This document shows positions 13,481 to 25,340 of a DNA stretch of 64,000 nt, piece by piece (positions within the stretch are counted from its first letter, which is position 1; the number at the start of each line of letters is the position of its first letter). The notes below the pieces were generated by a model, which made no database searches, was not told where the DNA came from, and saw only the letters and a program-made list of their open reading frames with translations. Origin of the DNA: Mobula hypostoma (lineage: Eukaryota); contig NC_086105.1 of NCBI RefSeq assembly GCF_963921235.1, positions 102,734,001-102,798,000 of the forward strand, in the 5' to 3' direction. A program made the translations under genes and the position numbers.

Positions 13481-14158
13481 ATTAGATTAGATTAGATTAG
13501 ATTATGAGGACACTCAGTCCTCATTTATTGTCATTTAGAAATGCATGCATTAAGAAATGATACAATGTTCCTCCGGTGTGATATCACAGAAACACAGGAC
13601 AGACCAAGACTAAAACTGACAAAAACCACATAATTATAACATATAGTAACAACAGTGGAAAGCAATACCGTAATTTGATAAAGAGCAAACCATGGGCACG
13701 GTCAAAAAAAAGTCTCATTAAGTCCCGATAGCCTCATCATCACAGATGGTAGAAGGGAGAAACTCTCCCTGCCATGAACCTCCAGCGCCGCAAACTTGCC
13801 AATGCAGCACCCTGGAAGCACCCGACCACAGCCGACTCTGAGTCCGTCTGAAAACTTCGAGCCTCCGACACCAAGCACTGAGCACCATCTCTGCCGAGCG
13901 CTTCGACCCCGTCCCAGCCGCCAAGCAACAGGCAAAGCCAAGGACTCGAGGCCTTCCCCTCCGGAGATTCTGGATCACACAGTAGCAGCGGCAGCGAATC
14001 AGGCATTCTAGAAGTTTCACCAGCTGTTTCTCCGTGCTCTCACGTTCGTCTCCATCAAATCAGGATTGTGCACGGCACCCTACTTGACAGATAACAGATA
14101 TTCATCACCGAAGTGGCCGCTGCGCATTGCGTCATGCCGCCATCTTCTCCTCTCCTCT
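13481..14158 (-). mobile_element. Short non-autonomous retroposon with (TCTAA)n tail and GC-rich 5' part
   Basis: (attag)n plus tttatt at the left end. The reverse strand begins gaggagaagatggcggc. The CpG-rich body contrasts with the flanks. Family not identified. Confidence 0.55.
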
Positions 14159-15546
14159 CAAGTACACTCATCCATGAAATCTCAGTTCTTTCCATTGGAG
14201 AAATTAAGTCCAGTCATCGAAGAGAGGTGACCCATTTCACCATAATATTACAACCATATCACCTTATCATTTTTATTGCCCTTAGAAATAATAACACTGA
14301 ACATAATGTGCTCAACCAATGTTCTAAGCTCAGAACCTGCATTACTTTGTTAAAAGTATAGAGCTGTATGTGGGGTTGTGATTGCATGGAAACTTTCAAG
14401 GTCAATTCAATGAATGGAAACTTATAATCACAGCTCAACTGCTGCCATTTGTTTTTAACTTCCTGATCTAATGTAATAAACTTCGCAATGATCTGAATCT
14501 GCTTGATAAAGTTTGGGAGTATATCGGGACAGTGTTGGAGCAGAAACTGAATATGCTTAAAGTTGATGTTTAGGAAGAAGCACAGCATCCAAATTCAATG
14601 GTGCATGTTGGAATCATTGTTACGTGTAGTCAGATACAGGAAGACATGTTCAGAGGTGTAGATCACCATGGTTGTGGTGAACATAAACATGGGATGACTG
14701 TAGCATTACTGTAAATGGGTGTTTGATGGTTGGTGTGAGCTAAATACCAATTTTCATGACATATGACGCTATAACATTATAAACTTAAGTAGAGTTGACA
14801 GGTAATGAATATTACAACAACAGATTAGAGAGTGTAATGTCAGGATAGTTGAACCCAACTTTAATAAACAATAATTTTACTTACTCAAAATTCAAAGCAA
14901 GTTGTTGTGCTGGTGTGGGGGATGGGGCAGGGGTGATCACAATTCACTCTGGTAATAGATGGAAGGATCCGTGAGAATTTTCTCAAATCTTCAAGCTGGT
15001 CTCCAGTCACTGTGCATTCCAGTGGTCTTTAACTCTCAGACTATTCCACATTTTAATTCAAGGTATAGTCCCCCATTTGCTCCTTCGCACATCCAACCGC
15101 TCAGGTCCAAGGAGGATGGAGCCTTCTGACAGACTCTCCTCAAGAAATATCTGTTTTTCCATTCTCTGCTTGTGCCTTTTTGCTGAATCAACAGTCTAAA
15201 AGCGTTGCTAAGATTCTTAAATCTTCCCTGACCCCTTCACTGCCTGTGAGAAAGTTTGAAGATGTGACTCTTCACAAATGATGAGAAGCATTGAGCCAAT
15301 GTGATAATTGTCTTTGACTAAGGTGGCATTGCCTTGTCAGAGAGAACAATATGTTGTTAATCTCCAAACCTTCCTTGACCACGAGTAAGAGGAGCGGCTT
15401 CTTCGGGTGTCCTCCACTCATCCTCACTCTTCTAGTATAAAGAGGGCATGAGTGGATTGAATGGATGTTGTGCTAGTCAGGCAACGCCGTCAGGAATGGA
15501 ATGGCCAGGCATTCATGGAACATGCAGTTCATTCTGTTTGCAGTTG

Positions 15547-16387
15547 TGTCACATGACCGGCAACAATGAATATAGAATCGAGTCAGGTTTTATAAAAACA
15601 AGCAAACATTTATTAAACTCTGCTCAAAAATAACAAAATGTATTTAAACGACTAACTTAACTGGAAGTTAACTGCTATACAGCAATTCTGGAACAATTCT
15701 TAAAAGAGTAAATGTGAAAACAGTTCTTAAAGTGGTAAATTCAAACAGAGTACTTTGAATGGTAAATTCGAAAGTCCAAGACATTTATACAGTCAATTAG
15801 GAGAGACTTTCCTGAAGTAAAGAATTCCTCGAAGATGTCACATTACTGCTGATCCCAGCCAGAACCTGGCTTGTCCACAGGGTTCACAACGACGGAAATG
15901 AAACGGTTTAAAGGAACTGACCTTTTCCTCTAGAGAATAGACACTGTACTATCCTTCCTACTTTAGCAGGGGATATCTTAGTTGCAGGTCACTTTTTCTT
16001 GAACAAAGATTCAATAAAGGTCGATCCTCTCCAAAACCACCAAACGATATCAGCTTTACTCGACTCAGCGAATTCCTGTACTTTGATAAGGTCCTCACTC
16101 GCCAATACTACTTACAATAGAAAGTAGAACTCCACTTTAAAACAAAACTGCGTCATAAGCCGAATATGCAGCAAAACGGAGTATCTAACACAAAACTGAA
16201 CTGAAAACTAACTGCGTCACATCAGGGATCTCCTTTATATACCTGTTGAGAACAGGTCATCATGTGACCTCACTGGCAGGAAAGTTACATCATGTGACCT
16301 CCGCAAGACCGTTACATCATCTTCATAAGACACTCAATTACATCATGGTCATAAGACAGTTACAAGACATCCATGAGGTATGTAACA
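15547..16387 (-). mobile_element. Solo LTR (841 bp)
   Basis: TGTCACAT...ATGTAACA ends and a near-TSD (gttg/attg). AATAAA (~15610) and TATATAAA (~16235) lie on the minus strand, with internal (t)tacatcatgtgacctc repeats. Confidence 0.75.
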
Positions 16388-16554
16388 ATTGTGTGATGAG
16401 AAATGGGTGAGCCCCTGAAGGAACATCGAATGAAATGAGATGTGGAGATTGTGCCAGTGATGTTTTGGAAGTGAGTGAGAGAGTGCAAGGGCCGTAATAA
16501 TGAGGGGATGAATGTGTAATCAGATCATGAATGCTGTTCAAACTGACATGAATT

Positions 16555-17070
16555 CCTTAGGTCACATTTGGAGTATTGTAAGCGGTTTTGGTCATTGCAC
16601 AGGGAGGTATAGAGGCTTTGAAGAGTGTGCAGAAGAGGTTCACCACGCTGTTGGCAGGATGTGGGCAAAAGGAGAGGTTGGAAGAACATTTGTAGGCAGA
16701 GGGTGACTTGAGAGGTAGATAAAATTGAGATTCACAGACAGAGTATATAGTGAGAGTGCAAAATCCAGGACAATCATGTTAAATATTAGAGGGCGAAGCT
16801 TTAACATGAGAAAGATTGTTTAAAGCAGATTTACAAGGCAGGGTGTTTTATGCAGAATGGTAGATGTCTAGTGTGTGCTGCCAGGGGTGATTATTGAAGA
16901 AGATGCAATAACAAATTTAAAAAGCATTTAGAGAGGTATTTGAACAAATAGGGAATGAGGAAAGATAAGCATGTACAGGGAGGTGCGATTAGTTTAAATC
17001 AGCATCATGGTGAGCATCGACATTGTGGGCCAAAGGTCCTGTTCTAGTGCTGTACTTTTCTGTATTCTAC
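16555..17070 (+). mobile_element. Old CR1 3' fragment
   Basis: cacatttggagtattgt...cagaagaggttcacc (HLEYC/QRRFT-like), followed by a CR1-type 3' UTR. Confidence 0.65.
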
Positions 17071-17549
17071 CTGCTATAATACATTATTTATGAAAAGTCT
17101 GGGTGTTACCCTGGTCATCAAATCTAATGAATCGAAACTATATGTGGTACTGTTGTACAAAAATTGGCTAATATGGATGGTGTTAGGAGAATCAGAGAGG
17201 TGTTACTGGATGTGTGGGAGGATGGGTACAGAAAATCTAGTATTTCTGTAATTGTTCTGATAGTTGACAATGTGTCAATAGGCTGAATGGCCTGATACTT
17301 TGTTATGAAATGTGAGAAATATGTGAGAAATTGGCTTTTGCTTTTCCCCAAAGTACAGCAGTTAATTTATTTCTAAATTACTTCAGCAGATGAAAAATGC
17401 TTTGACCTGTCCCGGGACAGTGAAAGGTCCTACAGTATTCTTTTTTAACACCAAACCATTGTTCATCTCAACATAGTGTAAATCATAGATTATTAAATTT
17501 TCATTCTCTAGAAATGAAGAATTTACCTCTGTGAGAGAAATATTGTTTC

Positions 17550-17555
17550 TTTATT
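17550..17555 (-). terminator. Polyadenylation signal of beta-1
   Basis: AATAAA 200 nt after the stop, conserved in beta-2 (55877-55882). Confidence 0.8.
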
Positions 17556-17754
17556 GAATAAAGGAGAATGCTTACAGACATTTTCCAAACATTGAGGAAA
17601 GTTACCATACAAAGGGGAATATTGTGCCAATTTACATTAGCATGACTTGAACCTGATGTTACACAAGTCCTTTAAGCAAACAACACATTGTAGATGCTGA
17701 TAATACAGGTTTTCATCGCATTTTTGAAGGTGATGGAGGATGCGGCTTATAGAT

Positions 17755-19105
17755 TTAATGGTAGTTGCTGGAGAGAGCTTCTATCACCAATTTAAAAAAC
17801 TTGTACACAGCTTCATGTTCCTCTGGTCCAAATGCTTTTTTATCATGAAGAGCGAGTTCAACAATGAAGGCGTGGCCGAGAAGCTGTGCAGAAAAACAAT
17901 CATTATCCAACATTGAAACAAAAACTGGAAAGCAAAATTCAAAGCTCAGCTGACTTCATACAGAACAGCCCAGAAGGAGACCATTTTATCAACTGGTTCT
18001 ATGTCAATTCTCAGTGATGCAAAAACAATTAGGCCCCACTTTTTAACTGTGCCCCGACATCGTATTCTGGTCTCATGCCCAACAAAGCCCTTTTCATTCT
18101 GTCTGCCAAACAGCAGCTAATTAATTTAAAACACAACAAACTAGAGCAAACTCTCTGCAGACAACACCGGATGTGAGGATTATACCTGTGAGGAGCAGTG
18201 AAGTAGAAAACAATTCTGCATCTGTCAGATGTTGAATAAAAGGAACTTGAAATCAGCTGTGTTCCTGTGCAATCCTGTCTAATCTAGTACATGAATTGTC
18301 GAGTGAGCATCCTGTGTAAATAGCTCTCATTAAAGTGATTAAATTTTCTAACCTGTGAACCTTATCCGGATCTAATTCTCAGGGAAAACTAGAGAAGCAC
18401 TGCCTTTTCCTCAGCAACCAGGTGTTCTTTTCCCTGGAATTAAATCCACGATGCTTGGTTGCCATGTTTGTTACGACTCTGTAATTAGGAAATATTTATC
18501 GCAACCCTTTAGCAAAAATGTACACATCCTAAAAAGATCGGTTTCTACCTTAAAGTTTTGAGTGTCCACTCCGATTTTTTGATGTTTACTGCTGAGTTCA
18601 TAGAAATTAGTTTCGATACTCTTCAAGTCCTCAATTGCAGTGTTCAGAGCCTTTAACACTTTGTCTGCATGAGCCTGAACACCAGGGTCACCGACTGCAA
18701 AACGACCATTGAAATTTTTAAATAGTCTGGTCGTCCAGGGATAGACTGCAAATACCCTAGAAAGGAAAAAAAAACAAATTGCCCAGTTTCTTTTCTGATA
18801 AGTTAGAATTAACTTATTTCTCAAAGCTCATTACTGAGGAAATTTTTATCAAGAGTTGCGTATCACTGGGTTAGACTGGAACCTCAGTGCGGTTCCTTTA
18901 CCCTACGACAACATCTAGGCAAGCTTAGAAAATTTAAAAACCTTCACTGGAACCATAGTTGAGAATATAGTGCATGATTTAAACACAAAACAGAAAATAC
19001 ATTTTCATCATACCTTGCCAAGGCTTGGGCAGTTATCATCTTCTTATCCAAAAGGTCCCATTTGTTCGTGATGTATTGTTCCTGAGCCTTTGTTAAATTC
19101 ACCAT
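17755..19105 (-). CDS. hbb: Haemoglobin beta chain, copy 1; complement(join(17755..17883,18549..18756,19014..19105)); 142 aa
   Basis: Spliced protein: [146 protein letters not shown] introns of 257 nt (phase 2) and 665 nt (phase 0) sit at globin positions. It has VYPWT, CD1 Phe43, distal His60, proximal His89 and C-terminal YH. Confidence 0.97.
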
Positions 19106-19177
19106 TTTTTGGTTGTTAAGCTCTCACTGTCACTACCTGCACAAGAAAGCTGTGTTGACATGGAGTTTTGATCTCAC

Positions 19178-19301
19178 TTTTATAGGCTGCAATAGGGCTC
19201 ATCTCAGACTAACACTTAACTGTAATAGGCTGACCACTAGTAGGTTAGATACACTTTCCAAGAGAGGGCAGCAACCCTTCTGTATTTGTGTGTTAAGATA
19301 A
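19178..19301 (-). promoter_or_regulatory. Beta-1 promoter: TATAAAA (19178-19184) and GATA site AGATAA (19296-19301)
   Basis: The TATA box is 73-79 nt upstream of the ATG and is conserved in beta-2. Confidence 0.8.
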
Positions 19302-20089
19302 ACACTTGCTGAACAATTGCTTGTCTGAGCCTCACGTCTGCCCACACAATGCAAAGAATCATTCTCTAGTTTTATTGAATAATAATTCAATACATTCATT
19401 TCCAAACTGTAGTGCTCTTTCATTGTTAATTGAATTTCACTTCTACACGTCATTCTGCTGGCTAAAATTTTTCATTAATTAATATTGTTATTTTTTAGAA
19501 GTTAATATGATTCTAATGTTGGAATCAAATCCATGTCTGTTCTGACATAACTTGAATAATCTTCTCATCTATATAGATATGGGATTGTACCAAGGGAAAA
19601 CTGATGACAAACTTACATCATTACATTAAGGCATGATTATTTTGAAATGCTGGGCTACACAGTAATGTGTACTTCATGGTCCCTGAGCTCTGACTGATGA
19701 TTCTGCTATCAACATTCACTGAGTAACTAACAGTACTTTACATCATCAGTGGGTAGATTTATGAGTTTGGTAAATGGACACACATGGACAAAGCTCTATT
19801 TCTGTTTTGTGTGTCCATCCAATGTTGAACCAGCCGTGAGCATTGACAAACTTACTGTAGGTGGAATGTAAACATGAAAAGACCAATGCGGGAAAATGTG
19901 GGTTCTCAACAAACAAAGATGTGAGACTTTATAATGAGAAATAATAAAATGTCAGTGGAATTAAGCAAATGTCTCCTGTCTGTTTGTGTATTGGATTTTC
20001 AATAAGATTTTGATATGTTTATGTTCAGGTGAAGATAAACAAGGACAGCTCACATAGAATTTGGGGGTCACTGTGTCCTTGAGAGTTGT

Positions 20090-20805
20090 TTAACAAATGG
20101 AAAACAGAGTAGAGAAACAGACCCCTCATAGATAGCCAGGCTGCAGCTAATGGGGTCCAACAGGGATCGGTGCTGGATTCCAAGCATTTACAATGTCTAT
20201 TAGCAGTTTGTCTGAGAAAACCTGATGTAACTTTTCCATATTTGCTGATGATAGAGACCTAATTGGGAATTTCTGTTCAGGCTGCATCTGGAGTATTGTA
20301 TTCAGTTCTGGTCACTCATCATTGGAAGGATGTGTAGGCCATGGAGAGGGTTCGGAAGAGGTTTACCAGTGTGCTGGCTGGATTGGAGAGAATGTGCTAT
20401 AAGGAGAGTGAACAGATGAGAATTGTTTTCAGTGGAGTAGGAAAGGGATGACCTGACAGAAATTTATAAAAATATGAGAGGTGTTAATAGAGTAGACAGA
20501 CTTTTTGCCCAAAGTTGAAATGTCCACTACTGGAGGACATGCATTTATGGTAAGAAAGGAAAATGTAAAGGAAATGTATGGGATAAGTTTTTTTAACAGA
20601 GTAGTGAGTGTTGGCGCTGTCTTACCATGAGTGGTAGTGGAGGTAGATACGATAGAGGTGTTGAAGACGCTTTAAGAAAGACACATAAATGTGCAGAGAA
20701 CAAGGGATACGAACAACATGCGGACAGAATGGATGAGATATCACTAGCTTAATTAGTTTGGCTGAAGGGCCTTTTCTTGTCCTGTACTGTTCTAGGTTCT
20801 AAAGC
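20090..20805 (+). mobile_element. Old CR1 RT/3' fragment shared with the duplicate block (~58310-59010)
   Basis: ggggtccaacagggatcggtgctgg (GVxQGSVL), tttgctgatgat (FADD), catctggagtattgt (HLEYC). Confidence 0.7.
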
Positions 20806-21699
20806 CTTGGTAAAATGACAGCTATGTTATTGTTCACAATTTTGGACACTTTGTTTTCTTAAAAAGACATGTTCACTCTTAAGGTGTTTTGCAAAGTTTC
20901 ACAGGACCAGTTAGAATATCAGATGTGGATTAAAAAATGCACAACAATAATGAACCAACATGCTAATTTACCAGTTTAATTTAGAGAAAGTCAGAAATAC
21001 TCAAGAAGTCTGTAAATTTTCCTTTTTCTCAGCCACTTGCACAGCCTGACCTGTGAGTAATTCCAGCATTCTGTTTCTGAAGTTTCCAGCATTTGCAAGT
21101 GTTTTCGATTATCAGATGTGTGGGTGCTCACCACTGATAGTACAATGTTAAGTACATTTTCTACTCAGTAAATGAAGTAGCCCATTCTGCCATAAGTAGC
21201 TGGTAACATTCACGTCACCAAGTGCCAGGTAACAAGGACCTCCTTGCATGCAGAATTTTATCCTTGTGTTCATTACTAGTACAAAATTGCCTAACATTAC
21301 CATCCTGTGTATCATGACTGACCAAGTACTGAACTGGATCAGCTACAAAAGTACTGTGATAAATGAGTTGGTCAGACCCTGGCTTTGCAACGGCAAGTGA
21401 CTCAGTTATACCACAGTAAAACCTTTCCACCTTCCAAAGGTACAATTCTGCAATGTGATGGAATGCTCCCAATGTTCTTTTTGTATTTTGTTAGTTTTTT
21501 TGTGTGGGGGTGGGGGGGATGTTGGGTGGTTGAAGATTGTGTTGCTTTTTTTTTGTGTGCAGGGGGTAGGTTTGCTGTTTCTCTTTGGATTTACTTCCAC
21601 GGTTTTCTTTGTTTCATGGCTATCTGTAGAAGAAGACCCACAGAGTTGTATACCACATACATACTCTGATAACATATGAACCTTTGAAACTTTGAACAG

Positions 21700-23820
21700 T
21701 GCATTGAGGTAATACATGGTAAAGCAATAACAGAATGCAGAATAAAGTGTTACTTTCACCAAGAAAATGCAATGCAAGCTGACAGTAAGATGCAAGGCCA
21801 CAGTGAGGTAGGTTGTGAGGTCAAAGGATCATCTTATTATGGTACTGCTGAGTGCCCTTATAACTGTGGGGTATCGTCTGCCCTATGGAGGGTGGAGAAG
21901 AGAGCATGTCAGGGGTGAGTGCAGTCCTTGATTATGTTGGCTTCTTTACCAAGGCAGCAAAAGGTGTAGGTAGACTCCATGGAGAGGATGCTACTTTTTT
22001 TTCTGTGCTAAATTTTGGTCACAACTCTGTATTTTCTGCTGATTATTGGGAGAGCAGTTGCCACACCAACCTGTGATACATCTGGATAGGATGCATTCTA
22101 TGTTCTATCAATAAAAACTAGTGACGGTCCGATGGGCCATGCCAGATTTCTTTAGCCTCCAGAAGAAGCTGGGATTTCTTGGCCATGGTGGAACTAGGAG
22201 CCTGTTGGTGATATTCACTCCTGGGAACTTGAAGCTCTTAACCTACTTGATCTCAACACTGTTGATGTAATCAGGTGTGTGTGCACCACCCACCCTCGTG
22301 AAGTCAATGACCAGCTCTTTTGTTTCACTGACATTGAGGGAAAGATTGTTGTCATGACAGAATGATACTAGACTCTTACTTTATTCAGTTTATTGTAATT
22401 TGAGATTCGGCTCACTGTGCTGGTATCATTTGTAAACTTGTAGATGGAGTTAGAGCAGAGCCTGGCTACACAGTTGTGAGTGTACAGAGAGTAGAGTAGG
22501 CTACCGCTGATGAAGCCTTGTGGGCCGCCAGTGTAGAGAATAATGAAGATGGAGGTAATGCCACCTACCCTTACTGAGTGTGCTCTGTTGGTTAGGAAGT
22601 CAGGTTGTGAGCTGAAGACAGGGTAGCCCTGTGACATTGATGGTCCTCTGTTCATGTGTTCATTCTGAAGCTGAAACAGCATGCTACAACTCTAGAGAGT
22701 CACCAGCATGATTTAGAGTGGGAAGGTCAGGGAAGCTTCTATGGTTCCTGGTGATTATACCTGTGGGAAGTGTGTTCAGTTGCAGCTGCTGACTGACCGT
22801 ATAGAGTGACTGGGGCTGTAGATGAATCAAAAGGATGAGATACTGCAGACAGAATTGAGAGAGATGGGTAGAAGGTTAAAATGTAGGAGCAGTAGGGTTA
22901 TAATCCCTGGGTAACTCCATGTGTTGTTTCCTAGTGAGCGTGGGAATAGGAGGATAGGGTTGATGAATGTGTGGTTGATGAACTGGTGCAGGTCTGAGGT
23001 ATATCTTGGAGTGTTGGGATATCATTCAGGACAGGGATCACCCGTACAAGAAGGACACATCGCAATAGGCTTCCTGCTGGAGGCAATTGCTAAAGTTACT
23101 TGGATGGGTTTGAACAAGTTGAGCAGGATATGGATCCAAAAATGGTTATGCAATCAGTGAGGAAACTGAGGTAACTATAGAGGCTAAATTGAACAAATCC
23201 AGCCAGCAGGAGCAGGACAAGAAGCGAGGAAGGTTTGATCACCTAAACTGCAAGAAGCAGAACAGGCTGATGTATCTTCGGATATCTTTGGCATGTGGGA
23301 TTGTGATAGTATATCTACTACAGAAATATGAGACAGTGAGTGGATATCATTTGTTTGGATTTTCAGGAAGCCTTTAACAAGGTCTGGCACACAAAGGGGC
23401 TACTCTGGATAAGTGATAAAGTACAAGTATAGATAGAAAGATGGTTGATTGCCAGAAGTCGGAAAGTTGAGATAAAGGGTACTTTTCGGGATGGCTGCTG
23501 GTGACTTTTGGAATTCCAAAGGGGTCAGTGTTGGATTTGCAGCTTTTCACTTCATACAATAATGATTTGGATGGAACTGATGATATTGTGGCTACATTTG
23601 ATAAGCGAAGGAACAGGCTATAGCCCTGAGGCAAGTAGTCTGTAGAATGACCTGGACAGGTTGGGAGAGTGGGCAAAGTTGAGGGAGATGGGATACAGAA
23701 TAGTGAATGTGAGGTTATACACATTAGAAGAAGAACAACAGACTATTTTTCTAAATGGGGAAAATTTTCAGAAATCAGAGGTGTAAAGTGACTTAGGGTT
23801 CCTAACTTAGAATTCCTTCA
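21700..23820. mobile_element. Mosaic of old Rex1/L2-like (minus, ~21700-22610) and CR1 (plus, ~22720-23820) fragments shared with the duplicate block
   Basis: DFLTNRAHSVRVG...GGPQG...LYSLYTHNC in ORF 22368..22682 is paralogous to ORF 60609..60917. Confidence 0.7.
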
Positions 23821-25340
23821 TAGAAACATAGAAACATAGAAAATAGGTGCAGGAGTAGGCCATTCGGCCCTTCAAGCCTGCACCACCATTCAGTATGATC
23901 ATGGCTGATCATCCAACTCAGAACCCTGTACCAGCCTCCCCTCCATACCCCCGATCCCTTTAGCCACAAGGGCCATATCTAACTCCCTCTTAAATATAGC
24001 CAATGAACTGGCCTCAACTGTTTCCTGTGGCAGAGAATTCCACAGATTCACCACTCTCTGTGTGAAGAAGTTTTTCCTAATCTCGGTCCTAAAAGGCTTC
24101 CCCTTTATCCTCAAGCTATGACTCCTCGTTCTGGACTTCCCCAACATCGGGAACAATCTTCCTGCATCTAGCCTGTCCAATCCCTTTAGGATTTTATACG
24201 TTTCAATCAGATCCCCCCTCAATCTTCTAAATTCCAACGAGTATAAGCCTAGTTCATCCAGTCTTTCTTCATATGAAAGTTCTGCCATCCCAGGAATCAA
24301 TCTGGTGAACCTTCTTTGTACTCCCTCTATGGCAAGGATGTCTTTCCTCAGATTAGGGACCCAAAACTGCCAACAATACTCCAGGTGTGGTCTCACCAAG
24401 GCCTTGTACAACTGCAGTAGCACCTCCCTGCTCCTGTACTCGAATCCTCTTGCTATAAATGCCAGCATACCATTCGCCTTTTTCACCGCCTGTTGTACCT
24501 GCATGCCCACTTTCAATGACTGGTGTATAATGACACCCAGGTCTCGTTGCACCTCCCTTTTTCCTAATCGGCCACCATTCAGATAATAATCTGTTTACCT
24601 GTTTTTGCCACCAAAGTGGATAACTTCACATTTATCCACATTAAATTGCATCTGCCATGAATTTGCCCACTCACGTAACCTATCCAAGTCACCCTGCATC
24701 CTCTTAGCATCCTCCTCACAGCTAACACTGCCGCCAGCTTCGTGTCATCCGCAAACTTGGAGATGCTGCATTTAATTCCCTCATCCAAGTCATCAATATA
24801 TATTGTAAACAACTGGGGTCCCAGCGCTGAGCCTTGCGGTACCCCACTAGTCACTGCCTGCCATTCTGAAAAGGTCCCGTTTATTCCCACTGTTTGCTTC
24901 CTGTCTGCCAACCAATTCTCTATCCACATCAATACCTTATCCCCAATACTGTGTGCTTTAAGTTTGCCACTAATCTCCTGTGTGGGACCTTGTCAAAAGC
25001 CTTTTGAAAATCCAAATATACCACATCCACTGGTTCTCCCCTATCCACTCTACTAGTTACATCCTCAAAAAATTCTATGAGATTCGTCAGACATGATTTT
25101 CCTTTCACAAATCCATGCTGACTTTGTCCGATGATTTCACCACTTTCCAAATGTGCTGTTATCACATCTTTGATAACTGACTCTAGCAGTTTCCCCATCA
25201 CCGATGTTAGGCTAACCGGTCTATAATTCCCTGGTTTCTCTCTCCCTCCTTTTTAAAAAAGTGAGGTTACATTAGCCACCCTCCAATCCTCAGGAACTAG
25301 TCCAGAATCTAAAGAGTTTTGAAAAATTATCACTAATGCA
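23821..25340 (-). mobile_element. Young 5'-truncated CR1 LINE (RT domain and 3' end)
   Basis: [31 protein letters not shown] and LYKALVRPHLEYC lie in three frameshifted ORFs, with a (CATAGAAA)n tail. The empty site is seen at ~62503 in the duplicate block. Confidence 0.95.

Noticed and set aside
14160-15540. Exons of a flanking host gene (e.g. nprl3, mpg, luc7l)
   Set aside because: No recognisable peptide motifs or convincing splice-bounded frames.
18471-18824. ORF-track 117-aa protein (also 27283..27540)
   Set aside because: These are globin exon 2 plus read-through into introns, not standalone CDSs.
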